64,000 nt of DNA from Peptococcia bacterium. Lineage in GTDB: Bacteria; Bacillota; Peptococcia; DRI-13; DTU073. The notes under the pieces are model-generated. The model saw only the letters and a program-made list of their open reading frames with translations, was not told the origin of the DNA and made no database searches. The stretch lies in the NCBI GenBank assembly GCA_050951565.1, contig JBMNJH010000012.1:63141-127140 (forward strand), read 5' to 3'. This document shows, in pieces, positions 41,344 to 62,200 of this stretch. Made by a program: the position numbers and the translations under genes. Every line of letters begins with the position of its first letter. The stretch's first letter is position 1.

Positions 41344-44300
41344 TTACTTGAAGTAGTTGACCCCGGCGGCAAAAATGTCTTGCTTTTTATTGCCGGGGAT
41401 ATTTTTCGCCACGTGGTCGGTGATTCGTTCATTATGCGCCATTTTCCCCAGCACGCGGCCGTCGGGACTGGTGATTCCTTCAATGGCTTCCATGGAGCCG
41501 TTGGGATTGTAGTCCATGTCGTAGGTCGGCCTGCCGTCGGGCGTGACATACTGGGTAGCCACCTGTCCGTTGGCAAAGAGGGTCTTTAAAACCTCCTCGT
41601 TGGCAATAAAGCGGCCTTCGCCGTGGGAAACGGGTAGGAGAGCCATCGTGCCTGGTTCGATGTTATTAAACCAGGGGGAAAGGTTGGATACCACTTTGGT
41701 GTAGAGGAACTTGGAAATATGGCGGCCGATGACATTGTAGGTAAGGGTTGGGCAGTTTTCGTCAATGGGGCGGATTTCGCCGTAGGGGACAAGTCCCAGT
41801 TTGATTAGAGCCTGGAAGCCGTTACAGATACCCAGCATCAGGCCGTCCCGGTGTTTGAGCAGGGTCATTACCGCCTCCTGGATGCGGGGATTACGGAAGA
41901 CGGTCGCAATAAACCTGCCGGAGCCGTCCGGCTCGTCACCGGCGCTGAAGCCGCCGGGGATTGCAATGATTTGGGCTTGGGCGATTTTTTGTGCGATGCG
42001 TTCCAGGGATTCCTCGATTTCCGGGGAACTGAGATTCCGGATCACCATGGTGTCCACTAGCGCCCCGGCTCTTGCAAAGGCATTGGCCATGTCGTACTCA
42101 CAGTTGGTGCCCGGAAAAACGGGAAGGAAGACCCGCGGTTTGGCAAAAGCAGTTGCCTTAACGCCGGCCATCCCGGGAACGATTCGAGCTGGGCTTGTTT
42201 CCGTCCTTGTCTGGTTGCTTTGGTTGGGAACGTTGGTTTGGTTGGCCCGGTGGGCAAAGAACAAGTCGTCACGCGGCGTTGAATCAGTGGGCAGGTTGAC
42301 CCGGGTGGGGAAGATTTTTTCCAGGGGTTCTTCCCAGCTCTGCCGGACCTTTTCCAGCGGGATGCTCTCATCGCCCAGGGTGATTTCCGCCTTTTCCTGC
42401 GTGTGACCCATGACCTGATAGGGAAGACCGGCCAGGAGGCGGGTCACATCCTGCCCGGGCGCTATCTCAAGAAGGATTGAGCCGTACAGGGGGGCAAACA
42501 GGTGGGCATTGGGGAGAGCGGATTCCTGGGATGACCCGAGAAAGGCCGGGTCAAAGGCAAAGCCCACCATGTTCCCCAAAGCCATTTCGCTGACGGCCGC
42601 TGCAATCCCGCCGGAGCGGATACTGCGGGCCGCAAGAATCTTCCCGCTCTGGATCAGCTCGTAAAGGGCGGTATAATTCTTTTTCAGTTGTTCAAAATCC
42701 GGAAGCTCGTTTTCATCAAAAGGAAGGGAAAGTAAGACCACGGGATTGTTGGCTGCCTTGAATTCCGTCGATATTACTTTGCGTACGTCCTCGACCACAT
42801 TGACGGCAAAGGAGATCAGGGTAGGAGGAACGGAAAGGTCCTTGAAGGTGCCCGACATGCTGTCTTTTCCGCCGATGGAAGGCAGCTTTAGTTGCAGTTG
42901 GGTGTGGTAGGCGCCCAAAAGAGCCGCCAGGGGTTTGCCCCATTTTTCCGGATTGTGGCCCAGCTTCTCGAAGTATTCCTGGAAGGAGAAGCGGATTTTC
43001 CGGTAATCACCGCCCATGCAGGCAATTTTGGCACAGGATTCAACGATGGCGAAAACGGCGCCGTGGAATGGACTCCACATGCCAATTTCCGGGTTATAAC
43101 CGTAAGCCATCAGGGTTCCGGTGGTGGTTTCCCCGTCCGGCACTGGAATTTTGGCGGCCATCCCCTCCTGGGGGCTGAGTTGGTAGGCGCCGCCTAAGGG
43201 CATCAGTACGGTCCCGGCACCGATGGTGCTGTCGAACATCTCAATGAGGCCCCGTTGGCTGCAGTGATTGAGGTTGGTCAGGTTGTCCAGCCAGGTCTTG
43301 GTCAGGTTATGGGCCAAATCAGCTTCATTAATATCGGCCGGAAGCGTGCGGAAATATGACGCCTCTTTTTGCGGAGCAAGGACCCGGGCTGTGGCGTATT
43401 GTTTGGCTCCGTTGGAGTTCAGAAACTCCCGGCTCAAATCCACGATGGCCTTGCCGCGCCAGTATAGTTTCACCCTGTTTTCGGCACTAACGGTGGCCAC
43501 TGTGGTTGCTTCCAGGTTTTCTTCCCGGGCGCGGCGGATGAATTCCGCTTCGTCGGCGGCGGAAACGACTACCGCCATTCTTTCCTGGGATTCGGAAATG
43601 GCCAGTTCCGTGCCGTCCAGCCCCTCGTATTTTTTGGGGACCTTATCGAGATTGACTTCCAGGCCGTCGGCTAATTCGCCAATCGCGACAGAAACGCCGC
43701 CGGCTCCAAAGTCATTACATTTTTTAATCATCAGGCTGACTTCGGGATTACGGAAGAGCCGCTGGATTTTCCGTTCGGTGGGGGCATTCCCTTTTTGCAC
43801 TTCGGAACAGCAGGTGACGAGGGATTCTTCGGTATGCTCCTTGGAGGAGCCGGTGGCCCCGCCACAGCCGTCCCGGCCGGTACGGCCGCCCACCAGGATA
43901 ATCACATCCCCGGGAACCGGTTTTTCTCGTTTGACGTTTTTCTGCGGCGCGGCGCCGATCACGGCCCCGACTTCCATTCTTTTGGCCACAAAATTGGGAT
44001 GGTAGACTTCCGCAACCTGTCCGGTGGCCAGCCCTACCTGGTTGCCGTAGGAACTGTAGCCTGCCGCGGCGCCGGTGGTAATCTTTTTTTGGGGCAGTTT
44101 GCCCGGCAGGGTCTCTTCGATCCTGGCCCGGGGGTCGCCGCTACCGGATACCCGCATGGCTTGATAGACAAAGGCGCGGCCAGAGAGGGGGTCACGAATC
44201 GCCCCGCCGAGGCAGGTGGCAGCCCCCCCGAAGGGTTCAATTTCGGTGGGGTGGTTATGGGTTTCGTTTTTAAACATGACTAGCCAGTCTTCCGGGCCCT

Positions 44301-45261
44301 TTTCCGTATTGACTTTGACCACGATACTGCTGGCATTGATTTCATCGGAGACTTCCAGGTCGTCCAGGTAGCCGTCTTTTTTCAGGTGCCGCATTGCTAC
44401 CGTAGCCAAGTCCATAAGGGTAATCTCCTTTTCTTTGCCCGGTTTGGTAACGGCCGGCCGGTTGGTCACATAATTCTGGTAAATACGCTGCATCAGTTCG
44501 GCAAAGGGTCCCTCGGCAAAACTGACCTCTTTTAGTACCGTGTGGAAAGTGGTATGCCGGCAATGGTCGGACCAGTAGGTATCGATGACCCGGATTTCCG
44601 TAATGGTGGGGTCACGTTTTTCGTTGTTTTTGAAATAATCCTGGCAAAAGGCCAGGTCAGCCGGGGACATGGCCAGCCCCAGCTTGTCAATCAGGTCTTG
44701 CAAGCCGTTTTCTGATAAGTTTATAAAGCCGGTCAGGATTTCCACGTCCTGCGGGACTTCCATTTGGGTTTGCAGGGTGGTGGGTTTTTCCAGGGACGCT
44801 TTCCGGGTTTCGATGGGGTTGATGCAATAGTCCCGGATGCGCCGGAGTTCTTCCGGGGAAAGCTCCCCTTGAAGCACCAGCAGTTTAGCCGTGCGAACCA
44901 ACGGCAGTTCGCCGCGGGTCAGAATCTGGATGCATTGGGCGGCGGAGTCGGCTCTTTGGTCGTATTGGCCGGGCAGGTACTCGATGGGCAGCACATGGTC
45001 ATTGGGCCCGAAGGAGACCTCCTCCAGGTAAATCCAGTCCACCGTGGGTTCGGCAAATATGGTTTGCCGGGCAGCCTCAAATTCGGCCGGGCTGATTCCT
45101 TCCACATCATAGCGGTTGAGAATTCGTAAACCGGTAAGGCCGTCCAGGTTCAGCATCATTTTTAGATCGTTAAACAGCTTTTGGGCTTCGATGTCGAAAC
45201 CCGGTTTCTTTTCCACAAAGATGCGCAAGACATTCGGATCGCTCAAGTTCATCCACCTCAT
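41344..45261 (-). CDS. purL: Phosphoribosylformylglycinamidine (FGAM) synthase, large single-chain form (PurL with fused glutaminase domain)
   Basis: 1305 aa. Central AIRS-like domains. C-terminal class I glutamine amidotransferase domain (GICNGFQAL catalytic Cys). Confidence 0.88.
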   Translation of the reverse strand: MRWMNLSDPNVLRIFVEKKPGFDIEAQKLFNDLKMMLNLDGLTGLRILNRYDVEGISPAEFEAARQTIFAEPTVDWIYLEEVSFGPNDHVLPIEYLPGQYDQRADSAAQCIQILTRGELPLVRTAKLLVLQGELSPEELRRIRDYCINPIETRKASLEKPTTLQTQMEVPQDVEILTGFINLSENGLQDLIDKLGLAMSPADLAFCQDYFKNNEKRDPTITEIRVIDTYWSDHCRHTTFHTVLKEVSFAEGPFAELMQRIYQNYVTNRPAVTKPGKEKEITLMDLATVAMRHLKKDGYLDDLEVSDEINASSIVVKVNTEKGPEDWLVMFKNETHNHPTEIEPFGGAATCLGGAIRDPLSGRAFVYQAMRVSGSGDPRARIEETLPGKLPQKKITTGAAAGYSSYGNQVGLATGQVAEVYHPNFVAKRMEVGAVIGAAPQKNVKREKPVPGDVIILVGGRTGRDGCGGATGSSKEHTEESLVTCCSEVQKGNAPTERKIQRLFRNPEVSLMIKKCNDFGAGGVSVAIGELADGLEVNLDKVPKKYEGLDGTELAISESQERMAVVVSAADEAEFIRRAREENLEATTVATVSAENRVKLYWRGKAIVDLSREFLNSNGAKQYATARVLAPQKEASYFRTLPADINEADLAHNLTKTWLDNLTNLNHCSQRGLIEMFDSTIGAGTVLMPLGGAYQLSPQEGMAAKIPVPDGETTTGTLMAYGYNPEIGMWSPFHGAVFAIVESCAKIACMGGDYRKIRFSFQEYFEKLGHNPEKWGKPLAALLGAYHTQLQLKLPSIGGKDSMSGTFKDLSVPPTLISFAVNVVEDVRKVISTEFKAANNPVVLLSLPFDENELPDFEQLKKNYTALYELIQSGKILAARSIRSGGIAAAVSEMALGNMVGFAFDPAFLGSSQESALPNAHLFAPLYGSILLEIAPGQDVTRLLAGLPYQVMGHTQEKAEITLGDESIPLEKVRQSWEEPLEKIFPTRVNLPTDSTPRDDLFFAHRANQTNVPNQSNQTRTETSPARIVPGMAGVKATAFAKPRVFLPVFPGTNCEYDMANAFARAGALVDTMVIRNLSSPEIEESLERIAQKIAQAQIIAIPGGFSAGDEPDGSGRFIATVFRNPRIQEAVMTLLKHRDGLMLGICNGFQALIKLGLVPYGEIRPIDENCPTLTYNVIGRHISKFLYTKVVSNLSPWFNNIEPGTMALLPVSHGEGRFIANEEVLKTLFANGQVATQYVTPDGRPTYDMDYNPNGSMEAIEGITSPDGRVLGKMAHNERITDHVAKNIPGNKKQDIFAAGVNYFK

Positions 45262-45610
45262 CTTTTCGTTGCTTTTTGCTCGAAGCGTAATGATTACCTA
45301 TATATAATAAATGATTAGGTTGAAGAAGTAAACCGATGGGAGGAAACAGGCGGCTCAAAGGTTTGTGAAAAAGGGCACTTGCGCAAGTTCCAAAAGCATT
45401 TTTACAAAAAAAGCAGGAATATGTAAAAGGATTGGAGAAAATATGAAGTAGAGTGATTTTTTTATGAAACATAAAAATTGATAATAAAGTGGGGGGTTTT
45501 GAACCAATTATAGACAAGATTTATTAATAATTATATAATAAATATTAATTATATTTTGTTATTGTGCCCATTTATTAAATTTTTTCGGATTATCCTTAAT
45601 TATTTTTTAA

Positions 45611-53278
<7,668 letters not shown>

Positions 53279-53289
53279 AACAAGGGGGT

Positions 53290-54066
53290 GTGAAGTTGGA
53301 TATTTTTCTTGCTGTCATCATCGTAATCCTGCTCATGAACAGCTTCTTGTTCCTGGTTTTTAAAAGGATCGCGGTGAATGTGGGCAAGCATGCGCAGAAT
53401 TACGTGGTGCGGCAGCTCTCGGCATACGATGACCTGATTAAGAAAAAAGCACAAAAACTGCATGAATTAAATGAAGCCATCAATAACGAACAAGCCCAGA
53501 TGGCGAAGGAGCCTGTCCAAGTCAAGGAAAGCGTTCCGAAACCGATTAATCCCTTTGCTTTTTTGCCCGGAAATTATCTGGACACCAGTTTTTTAGGCAA
53601 CTATCGCAAGGTGCGGGAGTTTTTCCACTTTGATCATCGACTATGTATTAAAAATGTGCTTGAACTGTACGACACCGAGCAAGAGGACATCAAGTCTTTA
53701 CTGAGCAGGCAGATTTTAGTCCGCTTTTCCCTGGAAAACCGCTTCGGCATTGCGACCATGGAGGAGCAAGACCAATTAGCAGTTTTTAAGGAAATGTTGA
53801 ATAACGAAGAACAAAGCCTTTTGGAGGAATATTGCGCTTCCCATCCCTCGTTTGATTGTATAAGCTTTTTTGACTGGCTGGAAGTAGTATCTTTTCGTTC
53901 TAATCCTGAGGTGGTGATCCGAACCGGCGAAAGCAAAGAAAACCTGACCTGGTTAAACGACCGGATTAGGATGGAGTACGACAGCAGTATTTGCGAAGGC
54001 ATTCAGGTTGTTTTGTGGAATAAGCTTTATGATTTTTCGATACAGAAAAGGGAGTTATGCGGATGA
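53290..54066 (+). CDS. Peripheral-stalk (b-like) protein: N-terminal TM helix plus long amphipathic/coiled-coil region
   Basis: TM IFLAVIIVILLMNSFLFLVF. Position between the c-like and alpha-like genes mirrors atpF. Alternative TTG start at 53296 has better RBS spacing. Confidence 0.55.
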   Translation: MKLDIFLAVIIVILLMNSFLFLVFKRIAVNVGKHAQNYVVRQLSAYDDLIKKKAQKLHELNEAINNEQAQMAKEPVQVKESVPKPINPFAFLPGNYLDTSFLGNYRKVREFFHFDHRLCIKNVLELYDTEQEDIKSLLSRQILVRFSLENRFGIATMEEQDQLAVFKEMLNNEEQSLLEEYCASHPSFDCISFFDWLEVVSFRSNPEVVIRTGESKENLTWLNDRIRMEYDSSICEGIQVVLWNKLYDFSIQKRELCG

Positions 54067-55384
54067 ACGAACATTTAAATGATGTTATTCAGAAAAAAAT
54101 CGATACAATCAAACAGAAGAAAAACATTTACGAGTTGGGCCTTGTGACCAATGTCCATGACTATATCCTCGAAGTAAGTGGCCTGGAAAACGCGGCCTTT
54201 TTCGAGCACGTGGTGATTGGCGACAAGGCCGAAGGCTATGTCAACAATATCGGACGTAATACGGTGACCGTAGTGCTGGCCAAAAGAAACGCTCCGGTTT
54301 TTGTGGGCGACAAGGTGGCTGCGACCGGCGAGCAGTTTTGCGCTTTCTATTCCCCCGACTCCATCGGCCGGATTGTGGACATGTTTGGTCAGGATGTGAT
54401 GCGGGACCAGTTTTTCAGCAACCGGGAAAAAATCCCCATTGAAACGCCCCCGATCCCGATTATGGACCGGACCAGTGTGAATCGTCCCCTTTATACGGGG
54501 ATTACGGGGATTGATTTGCTTTATCCCATTGGGAAAGGGCAGCGTCAGTTGATTATCGGCGATAAGAAAACCGGGAAGACGCAAATCGCCCTTGATGCCA
54601 TCGTCAATCAACGACAGGACGAAGTGCTGTGTATCTATATTGCCATCGGAAAAACTAAAAAAGAAGTCAAAGAGGTTTACAGCGAGTTGCTTTCCCATGG
54701 GGCGATGGAGTACACGATTATTCTGGCGGCCTTCCAGGATGAATGTGCCCCGGTCTTGTGCAACACGCCCAGTGTGGGGGTTACCATTGCCGAGCATTAT
54801 ATGCTGCAAGGGATGGATGTGCTGGTGGTGATTGACGATTTGAAACAGCATGCCGACAATTACCGGGAAATCAGCCTGCTTTCCGGAAGAGTGCCTGGCC
54901 GGGACGCTTATCCGGCGGATATCTTTTTCGCCCATGCCAGTTTGCTGGAAAAAGGCTGCCAGCATAAGGACGGCGGTTCGATTACGATCCTACCGATTAC
55001 GGAAACGAAAGGCGGGGACATTACCGATTACATCTCCACCAACATTATTTCCATTACCGACGGGCAGATCGTGCTTTCCGCCAAAAACTTCGAAAAAGGG
55101 CAAAAACCGGCCATTAACTATGGCTTGTCCGTCTCCCGTTTAGGTGGCGCGGTGCAGACGAAAGAACTTAAGAAGTTAGGTTCCGTGGTGCGCCGGGAAC
55201 TGTTGTCTTATTTAGAATCACGGGCAGTTTTTGAACTGGCCAATACCGAAGAAATGAGCGAAGACTTGCGGCAGAAGATGGGAGTGGGCAGTGAAATCCT
55301 GAAGCGGATGAACCAGTACAAGTTTGAAGCCCGCGCGCCCGAAGAAATGGTCCAGCTCTTTCAAGAATTGGTGGTGGTTCCTGA

Positions 55385-55388
<4 letters not shown>
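54057..55388 (+). CDS. F1-ATPase alpha-subunit paralog (443 aa, C-terminal domain shortened)
   Basis: GQRQLIIGDKKTGKT (alpha-type Walker A, canonical GDRQTGKT), Walker B VLVVIDDL, ISITDGQI, and Arg-finger context GLSVSRLGG (E. coli alphaR376 SVSRVGG). Start overlaps the upstream stop. Confidence 0.85.
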
Positions 55389-57528
<2,140 letters not shown>

Positions 57529-57561
57529 GACGAGCTTTGGGACAGTAAGGAGGAGTTTTCT

Positions 57562-57903
57562 TTGGAAAACGAGGGAAGGACGGTTGAATCTACGGAAAAA
57601 GCAATCCAGCAGGAGAGCGACAGTAACGGCGCCGGCATGGAAGTGCGCATTTCCAGTTTCGAAAAAGGGCTGGAAGTGTACCAGAATGTGCTCTTTATCC
57701 GGGTGACCAGCGAGAAATACAACCTCCTTATCATGGAGGATTACATGCCCATCATCGGCAAAGTGGAGGGCAGTGTTACTTTTCTGGCGGAAGATCAGGA
57801 ACATACGCTGGAAAACATCGAAGGTTTTTTCTATCACAAACATAATGTTTTTTCGTTGTTAATAAAGGAGAGTTCCCATGTGGACGAAGATCATGCAGAC
57901 TGA
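57562..57903 (+). CDS. F1-ATPase epsilon-subunit-like protein (N-terminal beta-sandwich only)
   Basis: TTG start with a TAAGGAGG RBS. LLIMEDYMPIIGKVEGSVTFL resembles the epsilon GHAPLLTAIKPGMIRI region. Position after beta, as in atpC. Confidence 0.55.
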   Translation: MENEGRTVESTEKAIQQESDSNGAGMEVRISSFEKGLEVYQNVLFIRVTSEKYNLLIMEDYMPIIGKVEGSVTFLAEDQEHTLENIEGFFYHKHNVFSLLIKESSHVDEDHAD

Positions 57904-58462
57904 GGTACCATGGACCAATGTGATGCAGGCGCTTCTGGAATTTAAGTGGCTGGTTATGGTCACGGTGGGTGTCGGTTTGCTGGTGGGCATCATCGGCTTA
58001 TTGCTGTCCCGCAATTTGCGCTGGCATCAGAAACGGGTGAAGGTCCTGGGTGTTTTTCTTAATTTAAGCGCCCGGGATAATCTCCTGCTGTGTATTGCTT
58101 TGTCCCGGTGCCTGTTTGTGGTAAGCGCGGTCGCTTTTTGCGTGGGAATCGATACGACGCAGCTTTGTTTATTCATTATGCTGTGTATTTTATATAACCT
58201 TTTAGCCTTTCGTTTTTCCGTTTTTTTATTCGATTTGTTCAACAGCGCGGTTATCTGTGCCGCGTTACTGGTGGGCAACATTCTGACTGGCTTTTTGCAG
58301 GAGGTACGTTTCGACTGGCGCACGATTACCGTGTATGTTTTGTTGGCCATTTTTATCAGCGTTTATTCCGCCTTTTTCTTCTTGCGGGATGTGGCGCGGA
58401 TCGCGCAGCGGGAACCGAAGCGCAAGGGAATCAAGAACGAAGAGGAACAAGAAGCAACCTAA
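57878..58462 (+). CDS. Polytopic membrane protein (about 5 TM) of unknown function, in the ATPase-like operon
   Basis: Hydrophobic segments. Overlaps the epsilon-like gene. No convincing a-subunit R/N motif. Confidence 0.55.
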   Translation: MWTKIMQTEVPWTNVMQALLEFKWLVMVTVGVGLLVGIIGLLLSRNLRWHQKRVKVLGVFLNLSARDNLLLCIALSRCLFVVSAVAFCVGIDTTQLCLFIMLCILYNLLAFRFSVFLFDLFNSAVICAALLVGNILTGFLQEVRFDWRTITVYVLLAIFISVYSAFFFLRDVARIAQREPKRKGIKNEEEQEAT

Positions 58463-58484
58463 AGGGAAGAAAGGGAGACGAAAA

Positions 58485-59213
58485 ATGAACGCGATGCGGG
58501 TGCAAGGGCAAAAAAGAAGATTAAACAAGGACAGATTATTAATTATCGCGATTGTGCTCATTTGTGCGGGGCTGCTCTCCGCCGTGGCCGTATATATTTT
58601 CTTTTTGGATAACCGGTTGATTAAAGAAGATTTGTACCTTTATGATATCGGTTTTCGTTTTGATTATCCCGGCCCGTCGCGGATTCAGAAAACGGATGAA
58701 GGAATGGTCCTGAAAAACAACGGGAAAGAGCTGTTACTGCAAACAAGTCCGCTTTTTTACAAGGAAGAGGAACGCATCTTCCTGCCGACGGTCATGGTGG
58801 CTTGTTTGCCGTCCGAGCGCAAGTTTGGCCGGGTAGATTACTTTACGGAAGTTTACCGGGATCAAGACGGAATTTACGCGCAACTGGGGCGGCAAAGCAT
58901 TCCCTTAGGAAAAGGCTTTTTGCATGATGGCAAGGACCTGTATATCTTCCTGGACAACACCACGGTCAAATGGCAGGACAAGGTGGTGCGCCTGAAACCT
59001 TTTTCCTACGCCATCGTGGTTTACAACCAGCGTTTGGAGATTTATTCGGCGAAAGGCGGCGAATGTGTTTTAGAAGATACGGGTGCCTGCAAGGTAGTGG
59101 CGGAAGCGGAGAGTGGGTACCGGATCGATTTGGGAACCGATATCCTGTACCGGGCCGACGGCAATGAACAAATGTTGTTTGCCCAGCCTTCGACGCTGAA
59201 AGAGTTGAAGTAA
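58485..59213 (+). CDS. N-terminally anchored protein with about 210-aa extracytoplasmic beta-rich domain
   Basis: ATG at 58485 with a GGGAG RBS. TM LLIIAIVLICAGLLSAVAVYIFF. The ORF track shows a longer out-of-context start at 58335. Confidence 0.6.
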   Translation: MNAMRVQGQKRRLNKDRLLIIAIVLICAGLLSAVAVYIFFLDNRLIKEDLYLYDIGFRFDYPGPSRIQKTDEGMVLKNNGKELLLQTSPLFYKEEERIFLPTVMVACLPSERKFGRVDYFTEVYRDQDGIYAQLGRQSIPLGKGFLHDGKDLYIFLDNTTVKWQDKVVRLKPFSYAIVVYNQRLEIYSAKGGECVLEDTGACKVVAEAESGYRIDLGTDILYRADGNEQMLFAQPSTLKELK

Positions 59214-59227
59214 GGAGGTGTCTCGGT

Positions 59228-62200
59228 TTGAAGAAGATTGTTGCTTTAGCAGTGGTTATTCTGGCGGTTTTAGTTTTTGCAAAATATTACCAGCTCCAAA
59301 CAGTGGGGATTTTGGAGAGCAATACATATGCGGTTACGGACAACCAGATCACGCAGAGTTTGTTCTCCGACCAGGTTCCCCCCGAAAAGGCGGTGCTGGA
59401 ACCAACGGTGGCGGAGTCCCTGACTCCGCTCTACGAGTTGGGCGGCAATCTTTTTCTCGGGGAGCGGAAAAATAAGCTGAATAACGCGTATCCCCTCTTT
59501 GTCAATGACGCCGTGGCCCTCATGAACGTCAACAACAGCGCAAAGCTCATCACCGAAGATTTTGAAAGAAAGAACACCTATTACGGCCTGTACGTCAGTG
59601 ACGGCCTCTCCTTTAATGCGGATAAACAGCGGGCGGATGCTGAGACCTTTATCCTGCTGGAGTTGGCCAATAAGCTGTATATCAATGCCCGGCCCATGGA
59701 AGTACATACCATTTGCGGCGATGTCCTGATCCCGATGAACGGGGTTGTCAATTTTCAGGAAGATGCTATTCGTTATTACACTTTGGAGAAAGGGAAGTTC
59801 CACTACAAGGAAATCCCGAGAGTGGACGAGCAGACCTGGGTGCGTTTTGCCGGCAAAAAATACCCCTATTATGACTTTTTAATCGGCCTGGGCAAGCTTA
59901 AAGAACCTTCCGGGCAGGCAAGACCTGCTCTTCAGGAAGAGGAAGCCCCGCCTGAAATCCCGGAGCGGGAGGAGGAAGAAGGAAAAGCGCAGGAGGAGCC
60001 GGTGGAGCCGGCCGAATCTCCGGTGCTGAAGCCGGAAGCGCCTGAAAAAACCAAAGCAAGCTTCCGGAAGCCGCGGCTTTCGATGACCGATTTCCGGGTC
60101 AATTCGATCCAAAGGACCGCGGAGACGACCCTAAGCATCCACGACCCCTCAGGGGTCCTGACCGGTGCGATTCAGGTGATCATCCGGGACGAAAAAGGTA
60201 ATGCGCAAAGTTGGACCTTTACGAACTATGCCGAAGCGCAAAAAGGGATTTTGCAGCCTGTGGCCTTCTTTGATAACCTGGAAAACGGGATGACCTATAC
60301 CGCATACGGGACATATAGCTATATAGACGCCGACGGGCAAAAACAGACGGAGTTCTTTGGCTGGAAGACCTTCCAGGTGGAAGAGCGGCTAATCTATTTC
60401 TTTGATCTGCTGGAGATCAAAGAAGAGCCGGAGCCGGAACCGGAGTTTGTCCCCGTCAAGCCGCAGGTTAGCTGTGAGCCTTTTGTGGCATCGATTTATG
60501 ATTTGCATTCCACGTTGACCATTCACGAACGGGGCAGCCTGGTGACCGGCGGCATCCGTTTTGAGGTCTATCATGATGAGCGCATGTATATGCGCAAAAC
60601 GGTTTCGGCAAGTGGGGAATTAACCCTCGGTCCTTTGCCGCCCGCCACGGAATTTAAAATCATCGGGTACATTACCTACTTAAATGAATACAAAATAAAG
60701 GTGGAGGAAAAGTTTTTCGAACAGACCATTGCCACACTTCCGCTGGATCAGTTGGAGCCCATGTCCTTGTCCTTCCAAAACGGCAAGATCTTTTATGACC
60801 GCATTCAAATTGTGGACTTGTGTTTTGTCGATGACCCTGCGGACAGCAACCGGAAAATCGGCGCCGGTACCATTCCCTATGTGGCGAAAATTGCCGTCCT
60901 GATTGACAATAATACTTACGGCTTAAAGCCGGCCCAAATCAGCGCCATGCAGGAGGGCGGCAAAGTAGAGTATGAAACCCCGGCGGTATTGCGTTCCAAT
61001 CAGAAATACCGGTACAGAATTGTCTGTTTGGACCGGTTTGGTAACGAGTTGCCATTGACGGAGCCGGCGGAAGGGGAGACTCATACCTGTAAAGCGCCGC
61101 CGAAAGCGATTATCCGGTTGACCACCAATGAAGTGGCCAATACGGAGCTTACGGTCGAGATTGAAAACAAGGACCATGTGGAAGCGCAGAATTACCGGAT
61201 TGCCTTGTATGATATCAATGATCATTTAATCCACACGGTCAGAAGGACAGAAGGCGGGGAGGATTCCGAAGCCTCGACCCACCATGACCTGCCGGAGGAC
61301 GGCGGTAAAATCACCTTTACGAATCTGAGTGCCGGTGCGGCCTATACGGCCGTGGTCTATGCCGATTATGACCTGGACAACGGTGAAGGGATACAGGAAA
61401 ACATGGAAATCGGGCGGATTCGTTTTACGACCCTGTCCATTTCCGCGCTGGGTTATGCCATTTTTACAACGGAAGTAACGGAACTGACCGATCAGGAGGC
61501 CACCTTAACCATTTCTCTCGACAAAAACCGGACCAATCCCCAATTGCAGTTTTTACTGGATAAGGTTACGGTGCTCATTACCGGCCCCGATGGTGAGGAA
61601 ATTATGACCGTATCCCTGACGGAAGAGGAACTGGCCCGGTTCGTGGCCGGCGACGGGGAACCTTTCCAAATCGAACTAGAGAACCTGCTGAGTTCCACCG
61701 AATATGGAATTACTATTCTGGCGGAGGTAGAGCAAGGCGGGGAGATCCATGATATTAAAACGTCCAATAGCATCGATGGTTTTAAGACCCTCAAGACCGA
61801 GCCGGAGGTTGTGATCAGTTCCTATTTTTCCATTTCCAATGCCATTGAGCTGTATGACGTGATCATCAACGATCCGGACGGGGCGATTCTGAGCCATGTT
61901 AACCTGCTGGTAACGGACAGTTACGGCCGGGTGGTGGGTTCGCGCATCCTCCAGGCGAATACCCTTTATGAGACGCTCGTTTTCCCGAAACTGATTAAAA
62001 ACGAGATGTATACCTTTACCTTTGTGGCCACCGAGTTTAACAAAGGGTATGACTATACCACTTTTGAGACCCTGTATGAGCTTAAACCGGTTTATCAGAT
62101 TATCAATGAAAACAAGCTGGCCGGTGAAATCGGGCTGCAGAGCCTTGACGAGATTACCGGTGACAATGACCATTACCTGGCGAAACTGCGGGTACAAATC

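Noticed and set aside
45262-45420. Purine riboswitch in the purL leader (minus strand)
   Set aside because: No match to the conserved purine-aptamer core (UAUA...GGGAUAUGGCCC...GUUUCUACC) on either strand. Only a short palindrome is present.
57878-58462. Possibility that the 194-aa membrane protein is the missing F0 a subunit
   Set aside because: It is too short, and I could not find the conserved TM4 Arg...Asn/Gln motif. It is retained only as a generic membrane protein.
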